A stretch of 64,000 bases of DNA from Lama glama (Eukaryota): assembly GCA_028534125.1 (NCBI GenBank), contig CM052816.1, positions 80,850,001 through 80,914,000 of the forward strand, written 5' to 3'. The notes below the pieces were generated by a model. It was not told the DNA's origin and ran no database searches. It saw nothing but the letters and a program-made list of their open reading frames with translations. The position numbers and the translations under genes were made by a program. Shown piece by piece: positions 24,985 through 37,819 of the stretch (within the stretch, counting starts at the first letter, position 1; each line of letters begins with the position of its first letter).

Positions 24985-27934
24985 CAAAATTAGAGGGAGC
25001 AGACCCAGCTCAGACCTGACTCTCAAAGCTTCTGCTCCAGAAAATTGTACCTGACCCAGCCTCTGACAGGGTGGTGTTAGCCACTTAGCAGAGGAGAAGC
25101 CTCAGCTCATACCTGCCTCTGGCTTGAGCCCCTCCCTCTCTAGCCCCTGGTAGCAAGGTGATAGCTACCAGCACACCTGAGGAAGATGGGACTTGTGCTC
25201 CCTTCAGATCCAGCTCTCCCAGCAAAGCCACTTGGCACACAGACTGTATAGGGACCTCCACACAAAGACACCCCTCCAAGAATAGGATAGGTAACTGTTT
25301 CACCTAATTTCAAAGAGACAGATAAAGTTAAACAAAATGAGAAGACAGAGGAGCTAGTTTCAAACAAAAGAACAAGAAAAAACAAGTAACAAAACAGAGA
25401 TAAATAATTTACCACATAAAGAGTTCATAGGATTAATAATAAGAATGCTAAATGAACTAGGAGAAAGAATAGTTAAATACGCTGAGATTTTAACAAGGAG
25501 CTATAAAATATAAAAAAGAATCAGTCAGAACTAAAGAATAAATTAACTAAAATGAAAAACACACTAGAAGGAATGAACAGTATAGATGATGCAGAAGAAT
25601 GTATGAATGATATGGAAGACACAATAATGGATATCACCCAGTCAGAGGAGCAAAAAGAAAAATAAATTTTAAAAAATGAGAACAGTTTAAGGAATCTCTG
25701 AGACAATGTCTGTGTATCAACATTCAATTTATAGGAATCCCAGAAGGAGAAGAGAAAGGAAGAAAAGTCAAACATGTATTTGATGAAATTATGGCTTAAA
25801 ACATCTCTAACCTGAAGAAGGAAACAGATATCCAGGTACAGGAAGCACAGACAGTCCCAAACAAGATGAATCCAAAGAAATCTACACCAAGGCATATCAT
25901 AATTAAAATCGCAAAAGTTAAAGAGAGAATTCTAAAGAGAAAAACAGAGTCACATTTAAGGGAACCCCCATGAAGCTATCTGCTGATTTCGTTGCAGAAA
26001 TTTTGCAGGCCAGAAGGGAGTGGCATGTTATATGAAAGAACTGAGAGGAAAAAACTTACATACTAGGATACTCTACCTAGCAAGATTGTCATTTAGAATT
26101 GAAGGATAAAGAACTTACCAGACAAGCAAAAACAAAGAGTGCATTAACATTAAACCTACCATAAAAGAAATGGTAAAGCGTCTTCTCTAAGTGGAAAAGA
26201 AAAGGCCACCAAATGTAAGAATTTATATGAAAGGAAAAATCCCAGTAGTAAAAGTAAATATATAATAAAGTCTGTGGATCAGCCACTTAAACAAACTAGT
26301 ACAAAGATTAAAAGACAAAAATCTGTAGAATCAACAAAAACTACAATAAACAATTAAGGAATAAACATGAAGTTGTAAAATGTGACATCAAAAACATAAA
26401 ATGTGGGGAAGGGGACTGAAAAAAAAATGTAGATCTTTTACAATGTGTTTGAACCTAAAATACTACCAGTTTAAAGTAAGAAGATACAATTATACTAGAT
26501 ACAATCAACATATATGAACTTCATTGTAGCTACAAATCAAAAACCTATAATAGATACATAGAAAATGGAGAGATAGACAAAAGCATGTCACTAAAGCAAA
26601 TCATAAAGCCACAAGGTGGGGAGGGTATAGCTCAAGTGGTAGAGTGCATGCTTAGCATACACAAGGTCCTGGATTCAATCCCCAGTACCTCCTCTAAAAA
26701 AAAATAAATAAGGAAACCTAATTACATGCCCCCTACCAAACAAACAAAAAACAAATACATAAAGCCACAAGGGAAGAAACTAAAAGAAGAAAAGAACAGA
26801 AAACTACAAATACAACAAGAATACAAGTAACAAAAAGACAATTAGTACATACCTATCAATAATCAGTTTAAATGTAAAAGGACTAAAAGCACCAATTAAA
26901 AGATGTGGAGTGGCTGGCTGGACAGGAAAACAAGAACCCTCTACATGCTGCTCACAAGAAATTCATTTCAGAGCAAAAGACACACACAGTGAAAGTGAGG
27001 AGATGGAAAAAGATTTCATGCAAATGGGAGCAAAAGGAAAGCTGGGGTATCAATACTCATATCAGACAAATTAGACTTTAAAACAAAGTCTATAACAAAT
27101 GACAAATGACACAATATAATTATAAAGCAATCAATACAAGAAGAGGACATAACATTTGTTAACATATATGCACTTAATATAGAGGCACCTAAACATATAA
27201 AGCAATTATTAATGTACATAAAGGGAGAAATTGACAAAAATACAATAATAGGAGGGGACTTTAACACATCACTTACATCAATGGACAGATCATCCAGACA
27301 GTAAATCAATAAGGAAACAATGTCCTAAATTATGCATTAAACCAGCTGGACGTAATAGATATCTATAGGACAGTCCACCCGAAAGTAGCAGAATGCACAT
27401 TCTATTCAAGTGCACACGGAACATTCTACAGGATAGATCACATGCTAGGTTACAAAATAAGTCTCAACAAATTTTAAGAGGATAGAGATTATATCAGAAA
27501 TTTTTCCCAGCCACAACAATATAAAACTAGAAATTATTTAGAGGAAGAAAAATGGGAAAGACACACATGGAGACGGAACAACATGCTACTAAAAACCGAA
27601 TGGGTCAATGAAGAAATAAAAGTGGAAATCAGAAAGTATCTCAAGGCAAATGAAAATAACACAACTTTCCAAAATTTAAGGGACACAGCAAAAGCAGTTC
27701 TAAGAGGGAGGTTTATAGTGATACAGGCCTTCCTCAAGAAACAAGGAAAATCTCAAATAAATGACCTAATCTACCATCTAAAAGAATCAGAAAAATAATT
27801 TTTAAAATAAAGCTCAAAGTCAGCAGAAGAAAGGAGATAATAAAGATCAGTAAGGAAATAAGTGAAGTAGAGATAAAAAATAGAAAAGGTCAATGAAACC
27901 AGGAGCTGGTTTTTTGAAAAGATTAAAAAAAAAA
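24985..27934 (+). mobile_element. L1 5' portion (5' UTR remnant, decayed ORF1 from ~25337, ORF2 endonuclease region from ~26835), 3'-truncated
   Basis: ORF2 motifs STYLSIISLNVKGLKAPIKR, IIGGDFNTSL, GTFYRIDHML, and ORF 27583-27798 'QNLRDTAKAVLRGRFI'. Many stops and frameshifts. Confidence 0.92.
26617..26757 (+). mobile_element. tRNA-derived SINE, Vic-1-type (camelid)
   Basis: A-box TAGCTCAAGTGG (26627-26638), B-box-like GGATTCAATCC (26671-26681) and an A-rich tail. Identical 15-bp TSD cataaagccacaagg (26602-26616 / 26758-26772). Confidence 0.9.
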
Positions 27935-29289
27935 TGAAAATAGGAGATGGCTACCAAAGATGAGGAGAAATCAAGAAATACATAGAAGGAAAAGCTGTGC
28001 TGCCTAGTACCAATGCTAAAGCATGGGTGTTGTGTGTTCAATGCTATTTCATCTTAGTGGTAGTGGTGGTGACAGATAGAGGGGCCTGATGAGCACTGTA
28101 AGTCTGACCATAAATAACAAATGGCCATATTTCTTTGTTTTTTCCCATTAGTCCTTCAGTGGTGGTAGGAAACATTGAATTTGCAACAGAAATATTTGCT
28201 CTCTGAATCACTCATGCTTTCTTTTAGTTAGAATAACATGTTATATAAAATTGAATTTCCTTGAGAAAACATTAATATAAATGAAAGGAAAAACGTAGGC
28301 ACCATAAGACTTTTACAGCCAGTTGTTAAATAACAAGAATATTTGAAACTGAAAGGTAATATCAATTTTTGTGGTACAGTAAGGTACCCTCCCCGCCATT
28401 ATCTTAGGATTGGAAAACAGCAGACAAAAATGTCATTTTGGAAAAGTCTTCACTAAACTTTAACTTTAAAATTTAGTTAAAAATATTTGGGAAGTGGGCC
28501 TAGGATAATGGCAGTGCCCTCAGATAATTTTGGCAATTCAAGGAGAAAAAGGATGATCAAAACATAACTGAACTTTAATCTTTTCAGTTCAGTGTACTGG
28601 TTTCAAATATTTAAGTTCTGAATTCCATGCAGCTATGGACAATTCAGTGTCTTCTTCCTTACTTAGTAGGACTCATTGACTTCAGGACTTGAGTTGGATT
28701 GAAGAATGAGTACAAATATTAATTGTTCTAGTCTGAGAAGAATGACAAGTTTTGAGGAAAGATTTTTTAATGTGTTCTCTAACTGATCATAATTTAAAAA
28801 ATTTTTTCTTCATAATAAAGAAAAAACAACATAATAGTAATTGTTATAGGAAGTTGTACATATGAATAATGTCAGAGTTAGGCTGAATACAATTTAGTAA
28901 TCTTTGTGTTATACAGCGTTTGTAGAATTGCTTTTTTTTTCTGATAAGCATTTTTTCCTAGTTTTTAAATGTCAAACAAATTGTTTCTAATTTTAGTGGT
29001 GATCAGAGGAAATTCATGAGAAGCATTTGACTTTGTATGTCATGCAAACAATACTCATTTTGTTTTGTTTTATTTTTGGTATCTCATATATTCTAAGAAG
29101 TACAGTTGTTCAGTTCCTAAACTGTGCATTACACTAAGTAAGTGAGCTTAACCAAGGAATGGAGTAGATGAGAAGGAGAGAGGAAGAGAGAAATTCCAAA
29201 GAGGTATTTTGATTTCTTTAATGGAATAGCAAATTTATGGCTTTACTATCAAAGAAAGAAGGACAGGATGATGAATCAGCAACATGATA

Positions 29290-29402
29290 TGGCATCATCA
29301 GTCATCCAGGAGCTTGCTAGAAAAGCAGAACTCCAAAGCTAATGAATCAGAAAGTACGTTTTAACAGGATCATATAATCCTTATGCATATTAAGTTTGAG
29401 TA
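29290..29402. mobile_element. MER5A-like MITE remnant
   Basis: 'ggagcttgctagaaaagcaga...tgaatcagaaa...ttttaacagg...ttatgcatattaagtttgag'. Confidence 0.65.
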
Positions 29403-29525
29403 AATTGGGAGTTTGCAATTTGCAAATGATAACCACTACATATAATAATAATTGAAAAACAAATTTATTCTCTATAGCACAGGAAACTATATTCAATTTA
29501 TTATAATAACCTTTTATGAAAATGA

Positions 29526-29556
<31 letters not shown>

Positions 29557-29656
29557 CACATGACTGGGACATTATGCTGTACACCAGAAATTGACACATT
29601 GTAACTGACTATACTTCAATTAAAAATAAAAATTTTAAAAATTTAAAATTAAAAAA
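29403..29656 (+). mobile_element. Young L1 3' end
   Basis: '...acaccagaaattgacacattgtaactgactatacttcaattaaaaa' plus an A-rich tail. TSD aagtttgagta / aaatctgagta. Confidence 0.85.
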
Positions 29657-30054
29657 AAATCTGAGTAGCTCTTGTTAAGGTACCCCTCTCCTACATTATT
29701 TACAAGCACTTTTTACATAATGTTCTGCTAGGTGGGGATTCTACCCAGTTTAAAGCTTAATAGCCCAGTATTTGCTTTTAGATATAAGGCTTTAAGCTTT
29801 AAACTATGAAAACAGGAGACTGTCCTGTAATTTAAGGCATTATTGAATAAGAGGGTAAGATAAATGGAGCACCAGTTGCTCTATTTTCTCTGAAATTGAA
29901 CCATAGAGGTGGTGTCTATTCCACATGGAATTAGGGCGATTTCTTCAGTTGTACAGAACAAAGTAAATTTGCTGAATCATGAATTTAGCTTGTTGTTAGA
30001 CATTCTGGGCATAAAAGTCATGGAATTTTGAATGCATCTTATAGGCGATGTCAG

Positions 30055-30188
30055 GGTTTTTTTTAACATTTTTTATTGAGTTATAGTCATTTTACAATGT
30101 TGTATCAAATTCCAGTGTAGAGCAAAATTTTTCAGTTACACATGAACATACATATATTCATTGTCACATTTTTTTTTGGCTGTGAGCT
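30055..30188 (-). mobile_element. Young L1 3' end, severely 5'-truncated
   Basis: Same tail sequence as 2191-2366. TSD ggcgatgtcag (30044-30054) / ggggatgtcag (30189-30199). Confidence 0.88.
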
Positions 30189-30881
30189 GGGGATGTCAGT
30201 TTTTACCGACATTTGTCTCTCAAGAATAAGTACTCTATATGCCCAGGGGGAAAGGCATACTTCTGAAATTTTGGCACCTTTGACTAAAAGGAATGTTTGT
30301 GGCATGACTGTGTTTATTCAGACTGCCTGAGGTTACTCTGCTAGTACTTTGTAATAAGACCATGGTAGAAAAGACAAGTTTTAAGGAAAACCTATAAATT
30401 ATGCTTTTATAGGTTTGAGAATTAGGCATTTCATTATCATTGCCTGAGGACACTTGAAGAACTGTTGATATTTTTAAAGGGTATAATAGCCACTAAATGT
30501 AGGACCACAGAGAATGTATTAACCTAACTATTATAGACAAGTATTAGCAGATTGAATCATATCAATGTGAACTAGTCAGCTGACAGATTGGAATCTACTG
30601 GTGCAGGTTGTGGTTACATTAAACAATAGGTTTTATTAATTAAAAGACAATGTCATCCTCCCAAAATCCCATCTCACTTTTACTACATGTGATACAAATA
30701 GAGAAGTATAGATACAAATGCAAATATCAGGGTGCTGGTCTTAGTAGTGCCATTTAAGCAATTGTCTCAACACTGGTTTATTTTTCTTCCAAGGAGTATC
30801 TACTTTCTGCTAAAATCTTTCCACCTGCCTAGTACCCAAAACTTAATGAAATAAGGTGGCAGTAATTTTTCCAAAAAACTG

Positions 30882-31782
30882 TGTTCTAATGCAAATGCCC
30901 TCCAGCTAAAGACCACAAGTAACATACCTTTAGCTGAACCCATTGGTTTTATTACTTGATATGATAAGAGAAAATGCATACCATGGAATCATCATGGAAT
31001 CATGGGGACATCTCAGTAAGAAGGTATTATGAAGTGAATGTTTGAGACCTCGGAATTCATATGTTGAAGTCCTAACATCCAATAGTGATGGTATTTGGAG
31101 ATGGAACTTTTGGGGATGTAATTAGAGTCAGATGAGGTCATGAGGGTAGGGTCTTTGTGATGAGATTAGTGCCCTTATAAGAAGAGACACCAGAGATCTT
31201 GTTTTCTCTCTTCACTATGTTAGACCACAGTGAGAAGGCAGCCATCTGCAAGTTAGGAAGAGAGTCCTCACCAGAAGCTGACCAAGCTAGCACCCTGATA
31301 GACTTCTAGCCTCCAGAACCATAGAAAAATAAGTTTCTGTTGTTTAAGCCACCCAGTCTACCATAATTTATTATGGCAGCCTGAGCAGAATAATACAAGC
31401 TTATTAGAAAGAATCTATTATAGTTTTTGGGTTATTTGAGGGAGGACTTTAAAAAACACGGTTTGCTCTAGATAGGGTGCTATCAGAAAGTGGACACAGT
31501 TTCATAATTGGGTAAGTAGAGCAGATAAGAGAGTGGATAAAACTGTAATTGGTAAAGAAGCAACACTCATATTAGCCAGGAAAGAGGGAACTTTGGTATT
31601 TTGTGGGTGGCACAATGACCTTAATTTTGCTATGCTTAGATGAATTAGAAAGTGACCTTGTTTTGTCTCATACTATCATGGTCTCAGAATGACTTTGTCT
31701 GAGGTTGGTATCATCAGAGATTATTTATGTCCGGCGGGGGAATACCTGGCCTAGCTGTGAGTGCAAGGCCAGCTTCCTAACA
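30882..31782 (-). mobile_element. Old solo LTR (probably ERV1-type), split by MLT1A
   Basis: TG...CA ends, 4-bp flanks actg/acag, and a minus-strand AATAAA at 30948-30953. Confidence 0.6.
31025..31397 (+). mobile_element. MaLR LTR, MLT1A-like, full length
   Basis: 'aattcatatgttgaagtcctaac...gatgagattagtgcccttataagaagagac...ttatggcagcctgagcagaataataca'. Confidence 0.9.
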
Positions 31783-32024
31783 ACAGTGAAGCCAGGCTGT
31801 TTTTCATTACTAGGAAGTTGATTTCTAGATGTTTTGGAAGTATTATTCCTTCCAATAATAAAATATATTTCATTGTAATAAAATAATTTTTTAATAAGCA
31901 AATATTAAATAGTATCATGTTTATTTATTTATTTTTATAGAATGACAAATTCTTTAAATTCTATAGTGTTTTACAGTTTTCAAAAAGTCTCACACACATC
32001 ATTTCATATAATCCCATAATAACC

Positions 32025-32175
32025 CTCTTTTTCCCTTACCCCAGTATTGCCCCTCCCCCACCTCCCTCCCCACTAGTAACTACTAGTTTGTTCACTATAT
32101 CTGTAAGTCTGCTTCTTTTTTGTTTTATTCACTAGTTTGTTGTATTTTTTGATTCCACATATCGTACAGTATTTG
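32025..32175 (-). mobile_element. L1 3' UTR fragment
   Basis: 'ccccactagtaactactagtttgttcactatatctgtaagtctgcttc...gattccacatat'. Confidence 0.7.
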
Positions 32176-33019
32176 ATAAGACCGTATTTATACAATCTTA
32201 AATTTATTTCTTATGAAAGAAAGCTTAAATCAGTAACTTGTTTCATGTTGGTATCCTCTCTCTGGCATCCCCCTGCCTAGGAGTTGCCCAGGCTCTACTT
32301 GAATAGTTTCAGTAAAAGAAAACACGTATTTACCTGAGTCAGTTCATTGCATAAGCCAGACAGTTGAGCTACTATGATTCCTTGTATCTTCATCCTTTGG
32401 CTATTCTTGTACCCTTTGAAGCAATAGAGAACAAAACTAATATTATTCATAGGAAAAGTATCTTAATCAAGGAAAAGAAACCTACACAAACTAGTGCAAA
32501 GAAAAAACGGGAAATTTTTTTTTTTTTGGAAGGCTACAACAAGCCATCTCAAAAACATTGATAAAAACAAAATTCCTGTCACACGGAAGCAAACTAAGCC
32601 TTTTCCTCCACTCTCTTTTCTATTTCACTGAATATATTTCCCATTTTTTTCTTCTTCACCATCTTTTTTTTCTATTTCTCCTTTCACCCATAACTTCAGC
32701 CAGCAGGTCACTTTGGCTTATCGTGGTACTGGCTCCCACAGAAACAAACATCCTATATCCACAAGATACTTTATCTTAAGGGCTAATGAACATGTAAGTG
32801 ACTCAGTCTTGGTCCAGTTCAAATTTTGAGGTGAAGAAATCTGCTTGAATCAGTTCAGCCTATGAATTTCCTTCTTCTAGGTCAGATGTTCAGTCTCATC
32901 TAATCATTCTACCACTGAAATAATTATAATCAAGGGCCAGAATTATATTCATAACAGAACCCTAACTCAAGGCTCAAGTAATTATTTGGAAATATACCAG
33001 ATCAGGGCAAAGGCTATGA

Positions 33020-36000
33020 AAATTCAGTTCTCAGAAAAGAAAATGCAGATGGTTCCTAAACGTATGAAAGTGCTAAACTCACTAATAATGTAAATATAAA
33101 ATAAAACTACACTGTAATGCCATTTTCTTGCCTGTGGAATTAAGGATTAAAATATTAGATGTGTTAGACAATACCTTGCATTAGTGAGACTGTGAGGAAA
33201 TAGACCTTTTCATACATTGATGGTGGAAATGTGTATTAGTAGTTTCTATGGAGATTAATTTGACAAAATATATTTAGTTTTCATCAGTAGGAACTGAATA
33301 AGTATATTAACACACACAGAAAAAAAACAATGTTAAAATAATAAGAAAAAATTTTTTGTATATTGAAATGGAAAGATTTATAAGATATATTGCTAAATGA
33401 AAAAATCCAACTGTAAAATAGTATGTATGGTAGGCTACCATTTATGTAAAACAAGGAGTGGATAAATAACTTTATATGTGTATTACATTAAAATTTCTGA
33501 AAGGTATATAAGGACTAAATATTAGTGAGGAGAGAATAGTTAGGAGATAGGAGTAGGCAGGAGACCTCACTCCTTTTGTCCTTTTTGTATTTTGAACCAT
33601 ATGCATACATCACTTACTCAAAAATTAGCTAAATATTAATTTTAGAATAAAATAAGATTTTGGTCACTACAACAAATTACAGTTAATCTCCCCATATTCC
33701 TCCAAATATAACACAGAATAACAAACGAACAAACAAAACCACACAGAATCACACTTCAAGCATAGCTAGAAGACAGAGAGCACCCAAACTTCAAATTACC
33801 TTTATGTATGCACATTGACTTGAGCTTTCTCTCATGCCTTTCCTATGCGTCTTCACAGTGATTGGTACAGGAAAGGCTGCTGGTAAGAGAGTAGAAAAGA
33901 GCGAATGATGTGTCAAATATAGATTTAAAACTACTACCACACAGGAAATAGTTCACCCCTAGGTGAAATTATTGGAAAAGTATGCTGGTAGATTAGAGAA
34001 CTGATCACAGGAAAGAGATGTAGAAGTTTGCACAACTCCAAGTAGCAGTCTTTGAAAGATGTTGTTTCTGGAAGAGAAGACAAATAGGGAAAAGAGAGGC
34101 ACATTTGAAGATTGGGTAGTGAAGCTTAAAGGAATCAAGAAGGAAATGTTAGCACCTTGCAATCCAAAAAGCAACTCCAAACTGGAGGACACATAATCCC
34201 TTCCCCTACTCCACTCCCCAACCCCCCCCACCCCCACAAAATCCATTAAACAACCTGGACTCTGCTACATTGACAGAAGAGGGCACCATTGAACTAAATT
34301 TTTTGCAAGTCACTATAGGCCACAAAATAAAAAAGACAAAAGTGAATAAAATAATGAAATCAGAATCAAAATACCTCGTTTAATGAAAATTTGTCCTTAG
34401 AGGGCATGAAGTAGAAGAAAAATGTAGTAAAAAAAAAACAAACCTCCAAATCAAATTTAGAATTTAAACAAACATTTGCAGATATGAAAGCATTAAAGAC
34501 TAAATAAAAATGGACAACAAGCAGTAAAAATAAGAGACTGACCAAACTCAAGAAAGAAAGAAAGAAAAAGAGAAAATGATCACAGATATAGAGACTAAAT
34601 TACACAGTACTCAAGGGAAAACAGACTCACATGAAAATTTTATGCCACATTGAAGTGGGAAAACAAAAATTAATAAAAAGTGACACAAAGAAGTAAAAAG
34701 GAGCAGAGAGAAAATAGTTGAAATGGAAAACAGGCAAAGAAGAAAAAAGCATATATATTATTTAGAGTCCTTACAGCATAAAAAGAAAACAATGGGACAG
34801 AAGTAATATTTTAAACTATAATCCAAGAACACATTCCAGAAACAAATGAAGGAAGAAACTGTGAACCAAAGATTTTTATATCCAGCTCTTAAGACAATAG
34901 AAAAACAAAACCTACCAGAGGATGGGCTTATCCAAATAAAGAGATGAGAAAACCTCAGCAATGTAGTTTATGATAAGCATTTACTATATTTCATCATAGA
35001 TCTAAAGCTAAAATAAATGTTAGTACAAGGATGGAAGTATAGTTAGAAATATCACACGTTCTGACAATGTAAAAATGAGAATTAAAAATGAGAGGACAAA
35101 AGAGAGGTAGAGGAAAATAGAAAAGAAGAAAAAGCTCTTGGTGGTATATTCTATATGTAGGAGTTGAAGGAACCTTTAAAAACTGGCAAATCATATAACA
35201 GACAACTGAAAAACTGAGAATATCTTCTGTAAATAGCTGGATAGGCTAATATCCTAATGCAGAAAGAACGCTTAATAATTGAGAGGGAAGAAAGCACCAA
35301 AAGCCTGATAGAAAAAGAGGTAAAAGATATGAATAATTTATTAAAAAATATACAAGTCACCCATAATTAAAATATCAGTCAACCTCATTCATAAATAGAG
35401 AAATGTAAATTGAAACTACACAAAGATACCATTTTTCATCTTTTAGATTGGCAAAATTAAGAAGTATAACAACATATTTGTTGGGGAGGCTTATGCCATC
35501 CAACACACTTACACATTGCTAGTGGGACAGCCTCAAACACTGCAAATTGGTACAACTTTTAGAGAAGGGAAATTGGAAGTGTCTAACAAAAGTACTTATG
35601 CTTTTAGATTTCAACCCATACAACTCTCTCTAGGAATCTATCCTGAATGTATTCATTCAACAGTTCAAAAATATATGTGCACAGGGTTATTCACCACAGC
35701 ATTCTTTGTAATTACAAAATATTGGAAACAATCTAAATGCCCGTAAGTAGAGGAGATGTTAAACAAATTATGGTACTTATGCAACTGTAAAAAGAATGAG
35801 GACGGTCTCTCTTAACTAATTTGGAGTATACATGATTTTCAAAAAAGCAAAATACAAAGGAGCATCTGGCATTTACTAACTTTTGTGTAAGAAAAAATGT
35901 AAATGGAAATATGCATGTATTTGCTTATTTGTACAAAACACAGGAAGCATAAACCAAAGACTGAGATATCATGGGTGATTAGGAATGGGTTAGAAAAAGA

Positions 36001-36760
36001 AGGAAGATACACGACCGGAGTAGAATGTGTGAGTTGGGGAAGAGTTAGTTCTCTAATTATACCTATATGTATAGTTCTGAATTTTAGTATCAACACAAAG
36101 TTTTACATTCTACAGTGAAAGAATGAATGAATACATGAATGAAATCAGCAAAGTTGAGGGAGAACCAAAATCAAACCAACAGAAACAAACGAACCTAATT
36201 GTACTCCAAATGATAAACATAACTATACTAAATGGGAGGGAGGTGGACTAATTCAAGGAACTTTTGAACACTATTTTTGATTATATAAAATCAGGTTCAT
36301 ACAAAAAGAACTTTAAATAAATGTTAATCTAGTTAGTAGGTTTGTTTTTCACAGGGGAATAGGTCATGCAATTCTGAAATATTTGAAGTGCACCTTAATA
36401 CTGAGTAAATAAGTAAATATATTGTGGATTATGAGAGTCAAGTTTCTAAGTGTCAGAGAAGCAAGTTACAGATATGTAAAGGAGGACCACAAGAATAAAG
36501 CTCTGATGTTACATTAGAATTAGAGGTGTCAATATGAACTCAAGGTTTTAAATATAATGATAGATATAGAAATAAATATAGATGTGCTTGTGTTTCTGTA
36601 TTTCCTATCTCTGTCCTCTGAGATAATCTAGAAACAAAACATTCCTAGCACTCAGATCATAGTTTCTAAATACCACTCTTCAGTAAAAAGAAACAGGGAT
36701 TCTTAAAAAAAAAGACTCCAAAGCTTATGTAGCAAAGTTCAAGTTGATATTAGAATACGT
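33020..36760 (+). mobile_element. Old, fragmented L1 sequence (L1MC/L1ME-like), probably more than one element
   Basis: A-rich decayed ORF remnants; ORF 35516-35746 reads 'LSLGIYPE...LFTTAFFVITKYWKQSKCP'. The 3' UTR resumes at 39850. Confidence 0.7.
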
Positions 36761-37819
36761 TATTGTAAATAATACTGCGATGAACATAGGAGTGTATACA
36801 TCTTTTTGAACTAGTGTTTTCATTTTCTTTGGATAAATACCTAGGAGTGAAATTACTGGGTCATACATAATAGCAAAGATACAGAAGCAGCCTAAGTTCT
36901 CATCAATATATGAATGGATAAAGAAGATGTGGTATATATTTATACGTATCACACACACACACACACACCCCCACACACCCCACAATGGAATATTACACAG
37001 CCATAAAAAGGAGGAAACCTTGCATTTGGGGCAACAGGGATGGACCTAGAGGGTACTATGCTAGGTGAAACAGAAACAAGTCAGACAGACAAAGATGAAT
37101 ACTGTATGATTTCACTTATATATGGAATTTAAAATAAAACAAAATGAATGAATATAACAAAGTAGAAACAGAGTCATAGATACAGAGAACAGGTGATTGC
37201 CAGAGGGGAAAGGGGTAGAGTATGAGAGAAATAGGTGAGGTAGATTAAGAGGTACAAACTTTCAATTACAAAATCAATGAGTCACAGATATGAAGCATAC
37301 AATTGGGGAATATAGTCAATAATTATGTAGTATCTATGTATGTTGACAGATGATAGCTAGACTTATCATGATGATAATTTTGAAATGTACAGAAATATTG
37401 AATCATTGTATTGTGTACCAGAAACTAACATAGTGTTGCAGGTCAATTATACTTCAAAAATCAAACTCATAGAAAAAGAGATCAGATTTGTGGTTACCAA
37501 AGGTAGAAGGTAGGGAGGAAGAGGAATTGAATGAAAGTAGTAAAAATGGTACAAACTTCTAGTTATAAGAGAAATTAAGGATGTAATGTACAACATGGTA
37601 AGTATAATTAATACTGCTATATGTTATGTATAGAAGGTGTTAAGAGAGTAAATCCTGAGTTCTCATCATTAGGAAAAAAATTTTCTCTTTAATTTTGTAT
37701 CTATATGAGATGGTGAATATTCATTAAACCATTTCGTGATGTATGTAGATCACATCATTATGCTATACATTTTAAACTTATACAGTGCTGTATGTCAATT
37801 ATGTCTGGAAGAAAAAAAA
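36761..37819 (+). mobile_element. 5'-inverted L1: inverted 36761-36865, forward 36866-37819
   Basis: The minus segment encodes '[14 protein letters not shown]...MFIAVLFTI'. The plus segment continues with the next ORF2 residues 'IAKIQKQPK...EWIKKMWYI', then the 3' UTR and an A tail. Confidence 0.85.

Noticed and set aside
26617..26695. Functional tRNA gene
   Set aside because: It has an A-rich tail, a 15-bp TSD and a SINE-type 3' extension, so it is a retroposed SINE.
28380..29699. Shared motif taaggtaccc...cattat at 28380 and 29676
   Set aside because: Only a 10-bp exact match with no extended similarity, which is compatible with chance.
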